This document shows positions 61,490 through 64,000 of a stretch of DNA of 64,000 nt, one piece after another (position 1 is the first letter of the stretch; each line of letters starts with the position of its first letter). The translations under genes were made by a program, and so were the position numbers. Source of the DNA: Marsupella aquatica (lineage: Eukaryota > Plantae > Marchantiophyta). The notes beneath the pieces were generated by a model. That model was not told the origin of the DNA. It searched no databases and saw only the letters and a program-made list of their open reading frames with translations. The stretch covers positions 9,032,283 to 9,096,282 of the forward strand of contig OZ316892.1 in the NCBI GenBank assembly GCA_973895155.1. The letters run 5' to 3'.

Positions 61490-62215
61490 GCCCAGGGCCA
61501 GCCATACCAAATCTGCAATACAAGATCTCAATATCTCTCAAGTGGCTCCATAACAATGAGCTTGAGTTCCCCTATCCAAGCACACACCATTTGGGATACA
61601 GCTAGTGTGCAGCCAACCTCTAAGTACGTACCTAACATAGGCTACAACAAAGATCAGTGAACCCTAACTACCGTTATGTACGTTGTAACCCTAGACCTAA
61701 GAGTAAATGTCTAACAGTCTTCCCTTTGACTCTAGTCTAGGGGAGGGTAATAAGTACTGCTAACCTATATGATTACTCAGCGAGAAACTCTAGACAAAAA
61801 CCAAGCCGGTTTCCCCTCTTTAACTATAGCATTGAACCAGAACTAAGTCATAGCCTAATTAATACATAAAAATGAGCAAGAACTGTAGACTTCATTATTT
61901 ACACAAATGTTAAAAAACGTTACTTGTGACGCAATTGCAAAATCTACAACACGTCATGGTGTCTAGAAAACCTCCTCGAAAGAATCACTTTCAATTGGTA
62001 ATTAAGGCATTAACTGGGTTGCGTTTATTGTCAATCTTGACTAGCTCAAACAAATCAAACAACACCTGTATGATAAAATGATAATATACCTAATGTCAAT
62101 GTGCTTTAGTCTATTGTCCATCACCTATGAAAGCAAGGTGGAGTGCATTCCGACTATCACAATGTAGCTTCACATTCCCCTATGGCAATCTTTGACTTGG
62201 CAATGAAATATCTGA
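61490..62215 (-). mobile_element. Degraded 3' end of a Copia element (RNase H remnant, 3'UTR, PPT, partial LTR)
   Basis: The reverse complement aligns with Copia-2 from the RNase H end to the PPT. The LTR junction is at about 61716 (CTAACA next to GTCTTCCCTTTGACTC), and the U3 resembles the 16507 type. Confidence 0.8.
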
Positions 62216-62358
62216 CTATGCGCCAAATTTTATCTCACTTTGATTGTTTTGCATATTCTGTCAATCTGATAGGGGAGCCCGCAGCGATTGTAAAGCTTCC
62301 AGTACTGGATGATATGATACAAAAAGGGATGACAATCCCATCTCAATGATAAATCTAT

Positions 62359-63147
62359 TCAACCAAATTGCTTCCTTTGCTGCTTCCGATGCTGCAACAT
62401 ACTATGCTTTTGTAGTAGACTAACGTCGAGGGTGCAAGTATTCCGGAAGAAGGCATTCTTCATTGATGGCCCTGGAAATGATCTCAAGAACAACCTGAAC
62501 TCCTTATTTGGCAAGTTCTTTCGGGAGTCCACCTTGGTCTTATTGCCCATCGGCAATCCAAATACTTCTGCAATCACTTTGGGAGTGAGATAGAATACCC
62601 TCCCATACACCTTGGTTGCATCCGAATTGTGGTCCAGTGATCCCAAAAATTCTAGTAGCTGTGAATCCAACACCTCCTGCTTCAGCCAAGGTAGCCAAAA
62701 AAAGGTCTCCAAGTCAGATCTGGCCATGAAGCCTTGGTATTTTTGGGACAACATGGCCGTAAAACATGCATCCTCATCTTGTACGTGCAACTGCACCTCC
62801 TTTGGTAGAACCTCCACCCAACACCTCCATGTGTCATTTTTTGTGGGGATGGCATTGACTAGGTCAACCTCTGGTTCTCCGGCCTCCTCCTGCCTCTTTC
62901 TCCCCTGTTTGACAGTCTTTCTTGGTGCCGTTAACCTAGTTCTTTTTGCCGGGGTGGCCTCATCATTGATTGGTACCTTTCTCTTCATGGTGGCCGCTCT
63001 TGATCTGACTCCCCAAGCACAGTCAACTTTGTCCACACCGCCGTGTTCCCCTTCAAGTCCCAATTTTTTTGTTGCATGGTTGATGGCCTCACGAATGCCA
63101 ATGATTCTTTCTTTGTGAAACAACAACTCAACAAGAGTAATGCCCAA
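62359..63147 (-). CDS. Hypothetical 262-aa ORF, probably a transposon accessory protein or a fragment of one
   Basis: Basic NLS-like region, then LLEFL..KVYGRVFYLTPKVIAEVFGLP, reminiscent of plant transposon-associated domains. No firm identification. Confidence 0.35.
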   Translation of the reverse strand: MGITLVELLFHKERIIGIREAINHATKKLGLEGEHGGVDKVDCAWGVRSRAATMKRKVPINDEATPAKRTRLTAPRKTVKQGRKRQEEAGEPEVDLVNAIPTKNDTWRCWVEVLPKEVQLHVQDEDACFTAMLSQKYQGFMARSDLETFFWLPWLKQEVLDSQLLEFLGSLDHNSDATKVYGRVFYLTPKVIAEVFGLPMGNKTKVDSRKNLPNKEFRLFLRSFPGPSMKNAFFRNTCTLDVSLLQKHSMLQHRKQQRKQFG

Positions 63148-64000
63148 GTGATATTCTTATTTTTGGCCATTCTTGTTGAGTTATTCTTTGCGAAACGGTG
63201 TATCCCATTTGGGATTCAATCTTCAAAAATCCAGTTTGGGTGTCATAAACGTGAGAAAATAAGGTTGAATATGAAACATTTAGGTGCGAAATGCAGGAAA
63301 TTCAAGGTTGAATGTAAAATGGGATACCACGTATCTCACTTCGGATTCAACCGGAAAATCACACGTATTCTAGAATCAAAAGATAGAAAATTCCATGTTT
63401 AATGTGAAGTGAGATACCAAGTATCCCATTGGTATTCAACCTCTGAATATCTTTCACGTTAGGGTTGAAATGCAGAGTTTGAATGCGAAGTGAGGTACCG
63501 CGTGTCCCATTGGGTATTTCACAATAAACACAATGACGGACCAAATGACTTCTAGTTTTGTCCACGGAAAAAAATGTATATATAAGGCAAAAAAGTGTCA
63601 GATACACATTCCACATTCCTTGTAAAAACCAAGTTTTTTGTTGCAAAAAAGGGGAAAAGAAGTAGTTAAATCCAAATGTGGGATCACAAACGATAGTCAA
63701 ACCTCTATGGTCATATTACCTGCAAAAAATATTCCCCCAAAATTCATTTTAACTGTAATTTTTAACCAATTGCGCCTCAACTATGGTCAAAAACTAACAA
63801 AAAATGTAAATAGAAGTGCTTTGACAAGAAGATAACATTCATTTTTCTTTGAGTTTGTTTCCTCTTCCTTTTCCTCTCATCAAATCCCAAATCTTAATAC
63901 ACTTTTATATTCAATCAAAATAAAAGCAATAAGGAGGTTGGATTTGGTGATATATAAAATTATGAGTTGAAATCAGAAGGAGGAATGTGAAGTGGGATAC

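Overview
Eukaryotic land-plant nuclear DNA; a non-seed plant such as a bryophyte, lycophyte or fern is plausible from the transposon types, but that is inference. Host genes are a two-exon mitochondrial succinate/fumarate carrier (SFC1-like, minus strand), an eight-coding-exon WDR46/Utp7 ribosome-biogenesis gene whose third coding intron holds three tandem H/ACA snoRNA-like paralogs, and a short intronless plant gene of unknown function at about 33 kb. About half the window is transposable elements with resolvable ends and target-site duplications (TSDs). These are two full-length Ty1/Copia elements (one splitting an L1 LINE, one inside a Gypsy LTR), several solo or partial LTRs of the same Copia family, a Ty3/Gypsy element with 2-kb LTRs, a near-intact CRE-type non-LTR retrotransposon with a restriction-like endonuclease, and a Mutator-like fold-back element. 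The most unusual observation is that both diverged Copia elements keep an in-frame UGA at the same position between gag and pol, which suggests programmed stop-codon readthrough. All coordinates and mismatch counts were read by eye; no database search was run.
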